A stretch of DNA of 64,000 nucleotides, from IMG/VR virus record IMGVR_UViG_3300014204_000016, positions 6,669-70,668 of that record; one strand, given 5' to 3'. The notes under the pieces were generated by a model. It had not been told where the DNA came from. It saw only the letters and a program-made list of their open reading frames with translations, and did not search any database. The DNA is from a virus. Taxonomy: Duplodnaviria > Caudoviricetes. Numbering within the stretch: position 1 is the stretch's first letter; each line of letters opens with the position of its first letter. The position numbers and the translations under genes were made by a program. Below are positions 1 to 9,608 of the stretch, piece after piece.

Positions 1-2028
1 TGGTCCGGCAAAGAGCAAAAGAAAGCGTCCGGGGATCAGACAGCGTTTATTTATGAGTGGATTGGAATAGGCGTGAATCCCGAACAGGCGCCGGATGGAT
101 GGTTGCCAAAAGCACAGGCTGTACGCAATGTCGATGATTATGTACAGCAGAATATTATTACTCGGGAATTATTCTTTGCTTCTGCATTCAGCGCGCAAGA
201 ATCAGAGGGTGATTTATTCGATGCTCCGGTAAGTGAACGGAAACAGATATTCGCAAACCTCTTGAATCTGCAACACTTACAGGCTAAATCTGAACTATTC
301 AACATTCGGGGCGGCAAAGTGGCTAAGATGATCGAGAATCTACAGGGGGATATTCGCGTTCATGAATCTCATATTGTGGATGTCGAAGCGGTAGGCAATG
401 ACATAACCGGCAATCAGGATCATTTGACGGTATTGAATGGCCTGATTAAACACCTTGAAGAATCGCGGGAAATGATAGTATCTGAAATGGCGCAAGTGCA
501 AACTGTTTCGAATCAGATAGCCGACAAAAAGAATGCTATCCGCAAACTGGAAACAAAGAAGTATGACCTCGAAAAAGACAAACAGGAAAGAGAATTATTA
601 ATCGGATCGGAAAAGTCTTTGCGCGGCCGCATGGAACAAATAGACGGTTGGAAAGTGGAATTAGAGAAATGTGATAAGGCTCTGGCCGGCAAGGATAGTA
701 TTCAAAAACAAATTGAGCCGCTACAGGCTGAATTAAATTATGTCGAGCAGCAAAAAAGGAAATTGGCGGAAGCGTACAGTTTTGCAATAAACGATATTAA
801 TAAAAGGCTGTATCAGGCTGAAAAAAATCGTGACTTTCAAATAAATATGAGAGACGATTACAAGAGAAAAGAAAAAGCCGCATCGATATTAAGCGGCTTG
901 GATTGTGCGCAAAATTGCTCTTATGTGTCGGACGCGGTACAAGCTAAAAAAGAAATTGATAAGATAGATTATGTTTTTATCGTGGGCAATATCGATAAAT
1001 ATAAAAATGAAATGGCTGCTTGTGCGCCCGAACAAGAAAAAGTAGTAACTCGCCGGGACACAATGAAGAATGTCTTTACCTATTGGGTGAACGAAATTCA
1101 GCGGCAAATAGATGCGCTCAAAGTAAAGCTGCGTGGTTATGAAGAAGTCGAATCCTCAAAGCGCCGTCTGCTCGGACAGATTAAAGATGTGGAGTCCGGG
1201 AACATTGCCGAAAAACTGGCGCTTATGGATGAGCATAAAAAACGTGTCGCTGAAATCACGGCTGAAATAAAAGAGATTGACGAGCAGATTAAAGGGCTGC
1301 ATGTGGAATTGTCGAACCTCGAAACAAAAGAGTCTGTGAAAAAAGACTATGAAATGAGCCTGCAACGGAACGGCATAGAACGCGATAGGCTGAACAAAGA
1401 TAAGAATGAGACGGTTGGCCGGATAGCGAATCTGGAAAAGGCTCTGAACGATTCTGCAACGGCTGAAATGAAACGTGACATAGTTCAGTCCCGGATAGAT
1501 TCATTAACTAAATTAGGCGCCCTATATTATCAGCTTGAAGAAGCATTCGGATTGAAAGGCATACAGGCTCTTGTTATCGACGCCGAACAAAGCCAATTCT
1601 TGAACATAGCGCGTGAACTATTCGACATCTTATCCGGCGGCGACATGGCATTACAGTTTGACACGCAGCGTATGAATAAGGACAATAAGACGATCCGTGA
1701 AGACTTCACATTATCCCTGATTATCAAAGGGGTGAAGGTCGATCTTAAATGCTGCTCAAAAGGGCAAAAGGATTTAGGCCGGATGATTATGCGCGCGACA
1801 TTGGGAATCTACAACGGTATAAAAAACAGCGGTGTCATGGAAACATTATTCTTGGATGAAACAACAGGCTCATTCGATGAGATTAAGAGAGAGAATTACT
1901 TTAACTTCCTGAAATACCTCACAAAGTATTTTGCGCAGATTGTAGTTATATCGCATCAGGACATAGCGCAGATAATACCGTGTCGGATACAGATAACAGA
2001 AGACCGGAGATTGGAGATTACGGCATGA
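1..2028 (+). CDS. sbcC: SbcC/Rad50-like SMC ATPase, 5' truncated
   Basis: Frame is open from base 1. ERKQIFANLLNL follows the Q-loop region, then a long coiled coil with a central CxxC hook (CAQNC), signature-like CSKGQK, Walker B LFLDETTGSFD and H-loop VISH. Confidence 0.85.
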   Translation, partial: WSGKEQKKASGDQTAFIYEWIGIGVNPEQAPDGWLPKAQAVRNVDDYVQQNIITRELFFASAFSAQESEGDLFDAPVSERKQIFANLLNLQHLQAKSELFNIRGGKVAKMIENLQGDIRVHESHIVDVEAVGNDITGNQDHLTVLNGLIKHLEESREMIVSEMAQVQTVSNQIADKKNAIRKLETKKYDLEKDKQERELLIGSEKSLRGRMEQIDGWKVELEKCDKALAGKDSIQKQIEPLQAELNYVEQQKRKLAEAYSFAINDINKRLYQAEKNRDFQINMRDDYKRKEKAASILSGLDCAQNCSYVSDAVQAKKEIDKIDYVFIVGNIDKYKNEMAACAPEQEKVVTRRDTMKNVFTYWVNEIQRQIDALKVKLRGYEEVESSKRRLLGQIKDVESGNIAEKLALMDEHKKRVAEITAEIKEIDEQIKGLHVELSNLETKESVKKDYEMSLQRNGIERDRLNKDKNETVGRIANLEKALNDSATAEMKRDIVQSRIDSLTKLGALYYQLEEAFGLKGIQALVIDAEQSQFLNIARELFDILSGGDMALQFDTQRMNKDNKTIREDFTLSLIIKGVKVDLKCCSKGQKDLGRMIMRATLGIYNGIKNSGVMETLFLDETTGSFDEIKRENYFNFLKYLTKYFAQIVVISHQDIAQIIPCRIQITEDRRLEITA

Positions 2029-2216
2029 CGATAGAGAATACTTCTTCTTTTCGCGGATATGATGTTTATTGCGACTTTTGCAGCTTCGATCAGTCCTATG
2101 ATTATGGCCGTGACGAATGGAGCGAATTGATGGCTGAAATGAAGTCTGACGGTTGGAAAACATATAAAGACGGCAATGTCTGGAAACACAAATGTCCGGC
2201 TTGCTGTGAGGGATAA
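2025..2216 (+). CDS. small CxxC...CxxC zinc-finger protein
   Basis: ATG overlaps the sbcC stop (ATGA), with GGAG upstream. Motifs YCDFC and KCPACC. Confidence 0.7.
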   Translation: MTIENTSSFRGYDVYCDFCSFDQSYDYGRDEWSELMAEMKSDGWKTYKDGNVWKHKCPACCEG

Positions 2217-2217
2217 T

Positions 2218-2394
2218 ATGCCTACAAACGAACCGTTGAAAATATCAGTTAATAATACTTACTGCCCGGAAAGAATCACGCATCCGATAAAGGGGTGGAT
2301 ATGTATTTACAGTCATGCGCCAATGTCAAACGGCGGACGGACAAAATGCTGTATTGAAAACTGTCCTCGAAAAATAGAAGCGGAGAGTAAATAA
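2218..2394 (+). CDS. small Cys-rich hypothetical protein
   Basis: ATG 1 nt after the previous stop; tightly packed operon. Confidence 0.55.
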   Translation: MPTNEPLKISVNNTYCPERITHPIKGWICIYSHAPMSNGGRTKCCIENCPRKIEAESK

Positions 2395-2395
2395 C

Positions 2396-2677
2396 ATGTG
2401 GATGGTAGAAGTAATAGCAACGTCTGAAAATTGCCCGTATAGAAAATCGGCAAAGAATGAATTGCATGGCAACCGTTTTTTCGACATGTGCGAATTCTCC
2501 AATAATAACATGGCGCTTCCTAAAAGATGTATCAGGATATTATGTCCCATCGAGAAGAAGTTTGATAACAGAGCAAAATTCTATACAGGTATTGCGCAAG
2601 CGAATCCCGCTACTGATCCGGCTTGTGGAGTAGAAGTAATAATATTAGATGAAGCGGAGGACAAAGCTAATGCCTGA
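2396..2677 (+). CDS. Cys-rich hypothetical protein
   Basis: GGAG RBS upstream; operon packing. Confidence 0.6.
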   Translation: MWMVEVIATSENCPYRKSAKNELHGNRFFDMCEFSNNNMALPKRCIRILCPIEKKFDNRAKFYTGIAQANPATDPACGVEVIILDEAEDKANA

Positions 2678-2936
2678 CGATACAAACGCAAAGTGGGACA
2701 AATTAAAGAACATGGGGATTACGATTGTCGAGATTCAGGCATTCGTTATCCGGCTGAAAATAGAATTGGGGAATGACAAAGAACCGACAACGGGGGATGT
2801 GGCTGACTTCGCGCTTAACTATCTTAGATGGCGAGAGGATGAGAAGCGGATAGCTGCCGGGGAAATGGTTGTTTCGAGAATACTGACGGAAAAGGGCGAG
2901 AATGCTTTGCGAGTAAGACAGACTTTAAGAAAATAA
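2670..2936 (+). CDS. hypothetical protein
   Basis: GGAGG RBS before ATG 2670. Confidence 0.65.
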   Translation: MPDDTNAKWDKLKNMGITIVEIQAFVIRLKIELGNDKEPTTGDVADFALNYLRWREDEKRIAAGEMVVSRILTEKGENALRVRQTLRK

Positions 2937-2961
2937 ATCATAAACGAGAGGGGGTGACAAA

Positions 2962-3831
2962 TTGGGAAAGTATGCAACGATCACAAAAGTAGGCGGCTTC
3001 GATGAGCAATTACTTCCGAAAGATTGGGAATTTGCGGATCGTGTACGCAAGCCTACAGACGCTACAAAGGATTGGCTTATCGGCGGATACAACAGGTCAA
3101 AGCTCGAAAAAATCCGCAAGTGGTTTGAGGAAAACGGTAAAGTCCCGGACATGGCCGATGTTATCCTGATTATTGAGGACGATGCGCCTAAAAAGCGTGG
3201 GCATAAAGATAAAGAAGCTCCGGCGCCGGCTGAACCGAAAGAACCTAAAGCGGTAGAGCAAGCATCATTGCCGGGAATCGAGCCGCCGCCTGCTGAACAA
3301 GTCAAGGATGTGAAGCCGAACCGTGACGATAGGGTCCAGAAACGGACGCCTAAAGTTTTCAATTTCTACGGTGAACTGATTACCTGTGCCGCAAAAGTAG
3401 TGAAAGAGCGCGGCATAAAGGAATTGAAGTTTCACACAACGAATTTCGAGAATTTGGAGAAGTTCGATCAGTATGTCGGTAAGGATGTCCGTGTCGTGAT
3501 TACGCTTGTCGATTACTATGACAATTTCGATGAAGAAAAAGAGCAACAGGATAAGGACATCGATAGGGAACTGGACGGGGATGTAGAGGATCAATCGCAA
3601 TTTGACGCATTGGGCCAACATTTAAACGATGAAGGCGCTAACGTCAAAATAACGGTGCAGGGCGAACCGGATTTAAGAATCAACGATCCGGCTGACCATA
3701 CAGTAGTACCGGACGGCGAAGTGAAATTAACTCCCGTATGTAAAGTTTGCGGGGGTGAGATTCAGGATAATATCTGCGTGAAGTGTGGGGCAATTCATAT
3801 TGTCGATGCGCCAACAGCAGAGGGATGGTAA
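2962..3831 (+). CDS. hypothetical protein with Pro/Glu-rich linker and C-terminal zinc ribbon
   Basis: 289-aa ORF; GAGGGGG RBS; CKVC...CVKC at the C-terminus. Confidence 0.75.
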   Translation: MGKYATITKVGGFDEQLLPKDWEFADRVRKPTDATKDWLIGGYNRSKLEKIRKWFEENGKVPDMADVILIIEDDAPKKRGHKDKEAPAPAEPKEPKAVEQASLPGIEPPPAEQVKDVKPNRDDRVQKRTPKVFNFYGELITCAAKVVKERGIKELKFHTTNFENLEKFDQYVGKDVRVVITLVDYYDNFDEEKEQQDKDIDRELDGDVEDQSQFDALGQHLNDEGANVKITVQGEPDLRINDPADHTVVPDGEVKLTPVCKVCGGEIQDNICVKCGAIHIVDAPTAEGW

Positions 3832-3838
3832 CGAATAA

Positions 3839-3874
3839 GCGGGGCCGGTGCAATCATGGCCGGTCCCGACTTTT
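3839..3874 (+). terminator. GC hairpin followed by short T run; possible weak terminator or processing site
   Basis: CGGGGCCGGT...GCCGGTCCCG followed by ACTTTT. Confidence 0.4.
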
Positions 3875-3887
3875 GAAAAGAGTGAAT

Positions 3888-4787
3888 ATGAAAAACATAT
3901 CGGATAAATCAAGGGCACAAATATACAAAATAAGTGGCATTATTAATAATCTTAAAGGTTACTGGCCGCTGACATTACGACAAATATATTATCAACTTGT
4001 GTCGACACATATAATTGACAATAACGGTCGAGAATATCAAAAATTAAGCGGCTTACTTTCCGCCGCACGAATGAACGGCATAATCAGTTGGTCATGCATG
4101 GAAGATCGCTCCCGGACATACATAGAAAATGCCGGATGGTCAGACAAGGCGGCATTTATAAGAGCATCTTATCGCCATTTCCTGACTGGTTATCAGCGCG
4201 ATTTAATGAATTCACAGGAAAAGTACATCGAAATATGGATAGAAAAGGACGCATTAAGTGGAATAGTGGATCGTGTCGCAAGTCGATACTGCGTACCCGT
4301 TGTTGTCGCTCGGGGCTTCGCATCCATGAGCTTCAAAAACGATTTTATAAACCGCGTAAATGCAATGGGAAAAGATGCTCTCATTTTATACTTCGGAGAC
4401 TTCGATCCGTCCGGCCTCGAAATGCTGCCGGCCATGATGAATACATTTGAGGAAATGGATTGTTGTTATTGTGTCGATTCGCAACAATGCGCATTGACAG
4501 TTGATTTAATAGATGAACACAATTTACCATATAATCCCGATGCAATGAAAGATACTGATTCAAGGTCAAAGAAATTCAAAGAAGAATACGGCCGGATGGC
4601 CGTTGAGTTAGATGCTTTGGCGCCTGATGTTCTCGAAAGAGAAGTTGAAATAGCGATTGAAAATAATATTGACATGGATTTATATGAATCAGAATGCCGA
4701 AAAAATGAAGTCGATAATGAGGACTTACAGTTATTACGTGAAAAGGTAATGAAGCTGATCGATAAACCTAAAAAAAGAGGCAAATAA
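3888..4787 (+). CDS. Topo VI-A/Spo11/JetD-like winged-helix + toprim protein
   Basis: PLTLRQIYYQLV (WHD Tyr), IWIEKDAL (toprim Glu), YFGDFDPSG (DxD). Start moved to ATG 3888. Confidence 0.75.
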   Translation: MKNISDKSRAQIYKISGIINNLKGYWPLTLRQIYYQLVSTHIIDNNGREYQKLSGLLSAARMNGIISWSCMEDRSRTYIENAGWSDKAAFIRASYRHFLTGYQRDLMNSQEKYIEIWIEKDALSGIVDRVASRYCVPVVVARGFASMSFKNDFINRVNAMGKDALILYFGDFDPSGLEMLPAMMNTFEEMDCCYCVDSQQCALTVDLIDEHNLPYNPDAMKDTDSRSKKFKEEYGRMAVELDALAPDVLEREVEIAIENNIDMDLYESECRKNEVDNEDLQLLREKVMKLIDKPKKRGK

Positions 4788-4788
4788 C

Positions 4789-5064
4789 ATGGAACCGGAA
4801 TGCGACAAACAAACGGACCCTCTTTCCGAAAAAGGGATAGGCGAAAAAACGAATCATCCCGGACTCGGGCCGTATGAGGATTCACAAGTAATAATAGCCA
4901 ACGAGCATTACAATGCGCTGTTTGACGTATTCATAAAGGCCAAGAAGCTCGAGAAATGGGCAAAGGATAATCGTGTCGTATTCCCGGCTGATCTGACTAT
5001 GGCGCTTTCCACATGTGAAACGGTTGTGATTGAGCATAAAGATAAATGGAGACGTAAATTATAA
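4789..5064 (+). CDS. hypothetical protein
   Basis: Operon packing. Confidence 0.6.
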   Translation: MEPECDKQTDPLSEKGIGEKTNHPGLGPYEDSQVIIANEHYNALFDVFIKAKKLEKWAKDNRVVFPADLTMALSTCETVVIEHKDKWRRKL

Positions 5065-5330
5065 TGTCGGACCAAACCGCTTACGATAAATTACTTGCGA
5101 AATATGTAGCTATGCGCGAAGTCGATTTACAGTTGGTGGGAATGATTAAAAAATTAATGGTATTGAGGAAAGCAATCAAGGGAAAATCATCTTTACAATA
5201 TCTCAAAGGCGCCGGCACAGATTGCCTTAAATTCATGGAAGCGCTGGACGAAATGGAAAAGTTTTATGACGATCATACAAGCGATAAAAAGGAGACATAC
5301 CATGAACGTAACAGTAAGCGAATTGATTAA
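5064..5330 (+). CDS. hypothetical protein
   Basis: TAATG stop/start overlap. Confidence 0.6.
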   Translation: MSDQTAYDKLLAKYVAMREVDLQLVGMIKKLMVLRKAIKGKSSLQYLKGAGTDCLKFMEALDEMEKFYDDHTSDKKETYHERNSKRID

Positions 5331-5652
5331 CAGCATCGGGAAACTAAACCTGCTTGAAGCGCTATTCTTTTTCGCCTGTTTAATTGCCGGGTTGGGTGTC
5401 TTGGCCGACTTCATAAAATCGGGCGCTCAAGGGATCGGGAAATTGCTGTATGTGATACTGGCCGGGATAGTATTAACGGTAATCTGGATGTTCGCATTGT
5501 TAATTCAAAAGGTAACGCGCAAGGGCTTTGAATCAAAGTTTGTGGGCGCTCTGGACTTTCATCAACAAAGGGCTTCAACGGCTGACGATATAGCAGAAGA
5601 AATATTTAGACAATCGCTTGTAGATCAGGCTGAAAAAATGGGTGAACAATGA
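5302..5652 (+). CDS. predicted two-TM membrane protein
   Basis: AAGGAG RBS; hydrophobic segments LLEALFFFACLIAGLGVLA and LLYVILAGIVLTVIWMFALLI. Confidence 0.7.
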   Translation: MNVTVSELINSIGKLNLLEALFFFACLIAGLGVLADFIKSGAQGIGKLLYVILAGIVLTVIWMFALLIQKVTRKGFESKFVGALDFHQQRASTADDIAEEIFRQSLVDQAEKMGEQ

Positions 5653-6104
5653 ACCTCCAACAACTAAAATACTTCTGGTCACTAATACCGAATACGCCGG
5701 GTTGTAAAGGCTGCGGGAATTGCTGTAAAATTGCGCCGTTCATTAAGTCTGAATACATCACGATACAGGAATATTTGAGGGGCAATAAACAGACACTTCC
5801 AGAAAAGGGAATTGACGGATATTGCTCGGCTCTCGCTCTTGATAATAAGTGCCTGATTTATCCTGTACGTCCGACAATCTGCCGGTTATGGGGAACACAG
5901 GAAATAACAGAATTCAAGATTAAGGGCCGCGCGATAGAATTGAATTGCAAAGTACACCCGGAAGCGAATCTTAACTTTCATGGGGATTCACGGTATCAGC
6001 ATTATTTACGCTTGTATTTACTGGCTCTTAATACCACGAAAACGCATTATATGTTAGGCTTTACGGAAGCGGAATTACAGGCTTACTTAACGAGGAAGAA
6101 ATGA
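5649..6104 (+). CDS. YkgJ-family cysteine-cluster (Zn/Fe-S) protein
   Basis: CKGCGNCC ... C..L..DNKCLIYPVRPTICR. Confidence 0.75.
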   Translation: MNLQQLKYFWSLIPNTPGCKGCGNCCKIAPFIKSEYITIQEYLRGNKQTLPEKGIDGYCSALALDNKCLIYPVRPTICRLWGTQEITEFKIKGRAIELNCKVHPEANLNFHGDSRYQHYLRLYLLALNTTKTHYMLGFTEAELQAYLTRKK

Positions 6105-6126
6105 ACATAGCCGGAAAGCCGGATAG

Positions 6127-7830
6127 TTGATTATGAAATCCATAGTCGGAATAGAACTCAAGGAAATTGATAACGAATGGGCGTCTGGCGCTCCCTATAT
6201 TTATTTAACTACAAAATCGGGTAACTGTAAGCATAGAAAAAGATATGAAATTTTTAGCAGGACGGCTGCTTATAAAATATTCGATCAAATATTATTAGGC
6301 AATATACCGGGCGCTTTAATGGTAAATTTTGGGGATGTTGTATCAAACGGAAAAGAATCTGATCGCATGGTTGCATATATAGAAGAATTTATTAAGCGCC
6401 CCGGTTATAAATGGAATGGGCCGAAAGGCGGTTATGAATGAAACTCAACCGTGACTATTACGATGATTTAGGTGGTCGCATATATACATTCTCGCCGTAT
6501 AATTGGGGCCATGATAATATGTATCATAAGCCGTCCGTGGTCAGTGAGTTGATAATGATAGTAGTGCGGATAATGTGGATGGCTTTCTTGCTGATGGTAA
6601 TGAGCGCAATGATTGGGGGATGCTGAATCATGGATAGCTTGAAGTTTAACATTTTGACTGAAAAGAACAAAAGGAGTATGTATTTCAAATATCCGTTTGC
6701 CGATGCAATGACGAAATGTGTAGATGATTTTATCCGCATGGAAAACATTAACCGTGAAACAATGGCATGGAAAGCTCTGGATGAAGCCGGATGGGATGTG
6801 ATTAAGTTATCGGTCATGGGTGCTAAAGGGAAAAAGTTACGAAAAGCGCCGGGGAAGTTAATCATAATCACGAAACGCATAAAGTTTTGCGTGTCGAGGC
6901 GCGGCGTCCGAACTGGTGGGAAAAAATACTGTACGGAAAGCGGGGATGAGGATGGAAGCCGAAAGTAATTATTGTGTCGTTCAAGCCTGTGATACCTGTA
7001 AGCATTGGGACCGCACAAAAACGGAGCATATAGATATATGGCATAACGGCACTCTGATAGCGCCTGAACGCATATTCCATTACTGTCCGATAATTGAAGA
7101 CTGGACTTCTGATCTAACAACGATACTTAATTTTCCGGGCTGTAAATGGGAATTGCCGATGCCCGAATTTATCACAAAAACAAACTGAAAGGATAAATCA
7201 TGCAAATAGAGATAATCAATGTTGCCATAAATGAAAAAGATGATGGTTGCGGAAAAATGTCTCTTTGGCTCATCCAGAAATTCGGAAATATTACCTATAA
7301 GAAAGAGACGCATGTTTTGAGAGTTGCGCAAACGGGCTGTCCGTTGACATGGAAAATACAAAGAGAAATAGATGAAGGGTTTGAAGACACTTTCAACATT
7401 AATGGTCCTATCAAATTAGAACCTATGGCGGTATGGGTAGATTGCAATGAGTGGTTTAGCCGAATTGCGGAAAAGGCTTACGAGGAATATCTTAAAAAAC
7501 TGAACGGAAAGCGGGGATAACTAAATGAAAATTTCAGACCGAAAAAAACAGATGATCGGAAAGGTTAAGAATGCAAGACAATCTAAGGCCAAGCCATATC
7601 AAAGGGTCGGAACCATACTGGTATTTGATGAAGGAGAGTTTATCGAAAGAATAAAAAAGCCGATTTATCGCGAGACTATTGATTGCAAAGATTTTAATAT
7701 TGGCTTTATTGTAGATTACATTTATTACAAAAGAAAAAAGTATATTATAAAAAAGTTCGCAACCATAGATTTACAGGGACAGTTAAGCGACGAAGAAAGA
7801 ATGATACAAATTATGGGATTGGAGAAATAA
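6127..7830 (+). other. run of small hypothetical CDS (6127-6441, 6438-6626, 6630-6968, about 6916-7188, 7200-7520, 7525-7830)
   Basis: Co-oriented, abutting or overlapping ORFs with RBS-like purine runs; no family recognised. Confidence 0.6.
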
Positions 7831-7834
7831 TCAA

Positions 7835-8002
7835 ATGCAAATATCAGAATGGCTTGTAATCTTCATGGGCTTCATGCTTCTCATTGCCGGCGGATTGATA
7901 GGCGCCGGAGTCATGGGCTTCTTCTGGCTCAAAGCAACGTACAAAGGGCTGATCTATAAGCTCGACAACATTCAGATTCAGACCGTGGAGAAGTTGGATT
8001 GA
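7835..8002 (+). CDS. 55-aa single-TM protein (not in ORF track)
   Basis: MQISEWLVIFMGFMLLIAGGLIGAGVMGFFWLK...; fills the gap exactly and its stop overlaps the next start. Confidence 0.65.
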   Translation: MQISEWLVIFMGFMLLIAGGLIGAGVMGFFWLKATYKGLIYKLDNIQIQTVEKLD

Positions 8003-8538
8003 ACTATCCCGAAGACGATGCCGACATTCTTGCTCTCATCTTCGAAAAAGACCCGTTTGCGGAGAATACGGAACCGATCGATGCGGACGCCTTACTTGCA
8101 CGAATCATACAGCGTGAAAAGGATCGAGAAGGAAAGTACACTTGCTCATTTTGTGAGCGTGAATTTACAGAATCAGAAGTTAAGGAATGGTGGAGAAAGC
8201 CGGACAATGCAGCTCGAAAGCCGCCGATACCTCTTTGCCCTGACCCGGTGTGTAAGAATGCCGGAGCGCTGCCTTACTGGAATGTCGATTGGTCAAAGCG
8301 CCGTAAAGCTGCTGCTGAATGGCCTACGATCCGGGCTGAACGGCAAAAGAAATATTTAGAACTAACTGCATTAGCACGAAAGCTAAGAGAAGAACAGAAA
8401 ATAAAGGACATGGAGGATTGTGACGATGGAGAATATCTCACAGACGGAATTGAAGAAACGAGCGAAGATGGAAATGAAGTGCAAGGCGAAACAGAAGAAA
8501 GCGGCGAATGCGCTCAAAGAGACATTTTCGGAGATTGA
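7999..8538 (+). CDS. hypothetical protein with zinc finger and acidic tail
   Basis: CSFC...CPDPVC. Confidence 0.65.
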   Translation: MNYPEDDADILALIFEKDPFAENTEPIDADALLARIIQREKDREGKYTCSFCEREFTESEVKEWWRKPDNAARKPPIPLCPDPVCKNAGALPYWNVDWSKRRKAAAEWPTIRAERQKKYLELTALARKLREEQKIKDMEDCDDGEYLTDGIEETSEDGNEVQGETEESGECAQRDIFGD

Positions 8539-8649
8539 ATTACTGATACATGGCGGCTGCGCAAACATAGTAATAGGCGACAAGAAAGCCGGGATGAAGC
8601 AATTAAAGAAAGCTGAACGTCTCGCCTATGGAGAATGGATAAAGCTGTA

Positions 8650-8733
8650 ATGCTAATTGGTTATATCTGCCAAGCAATATTATTCATATTTTTTATCTGT
8701 ATACTCATAGCATTAATAAAACAAGGGCGGTGA
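8650..8733 (+). CDS. 27-aa hydrophobic peptide (not in ORF track)
   Basis: MLIGYICQAILFIFFICILIALIKQGR; TAATG overlap with the upstream ORF. Confidence 0.45.
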   Translation: MLIGYICQAILFIFFICILIALIKQGR

Positions 8734-8737
8734 AAGA

Positions 8738-8986
8738 ATGAAGTTATGCGGCGAAACGAAATATACTGAACTTTGGGAAAACGTGGTCGGTGTAACCAAT
8801 AGCATGACGAATAAACCGGACCCTGTTTCCTATGCTTATCTAAGAACGCATTTTGGCGATTGGTTCTATGCGAATGTTTTAGGCTGTAGAAAAGTGTCGG
8901 TTTCTGAAAGTATTATTCTGGAACAAAGACGGGCTGAATACTACAAAGAAAAGGCGGCTGAAAATGGCTCTGATAATAGCGATTGA
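8738..8986 (+). CDS. hypothetical protein
   Basis: Operon packing. Confidence 0.6.
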   Translation: MKLCGETKYTELWENVVGVTNSMTNKPDPVSYAYLRTHFGDWFYANVLGCRKVSVSESIILEQRRAEYYKEKAAENGSDNSD

Positions 8987-9608
8987 CGCTTCCACAAACA
9001 ATATAGGCTATGCCGTTATGAGTCTCGGAGAAGAAAAGCTGTTGGCGTCCGGAGTCATACACTTGGGGCATTACGATGATTTCTATGAACGGCTGAAACG
9101 TGGGCCGCGTCTTCTGAAAGAGTGCCTAAAAGAAACTAATCTAATGGATTTCCCTATCGACACTATTGTAATTGAGCAGCCTTTTTTTACTAATGGTCCG
9201 TCCGTTGGAAAGTCTATCAGCTACATGATTGGGGGTTGTTTGTGCATTCTCGCTCCGTGGTGTACTAATGTTTTCGAAGTCGCTGCCGGCCAATGGTATT
9301 CGATATTCTGCGGGATTAAAAAGCCGAATGTTAAGGGAATGAAACCGGTTGAAAGATTACTGGCAATGAAAGGGCCGATAGTGCAAAAATCGAATGAATT
9401 ATACGGCTTGAATTTAGACGTATTAAAAGACAATGACCGGGCCGATGCTATAGGTATGGCAAAGGCTTATTGTTACATGAAGAAAAGCAATTATTTTGAT
9501 TTACAGAAAGACGCTAAAGATGAAAAGAGTAAGAAGAAAAAACTAAAGATGGCGCAAAAGAAAGCTGCAAAAACCGGCAAGCCGATAAAGGGGGAATTAC
9601 CGCTATAA
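8964..9608 (+). CDS. ruvC: RuvC-like Holliday junction resolvase
   Basis: IIAIDASTNNIGYAV, IVIEQPF and NDRADAIGMA acidic catalytic motifs. Confidence 0.75.
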   Translation: MALIIAIDASTNNIGYAVMSLGEEKLLASGVIHLGHYDDFYERLKRGPRLLKECLKETNLMDFPIDTIVIEQPFFTNGPSVGKSISYMIGGCLCILAPWCTNVFEVAAGQWYSIFCGIKKPNVKGMKPVERLLAMKGPIVQKSNELYGLNLDVLKDNDRADAIGMAKAYCYMKKSNYFDLQKDAKDEKSKKKKLKMAQKKAAKTGKPIKGELPL

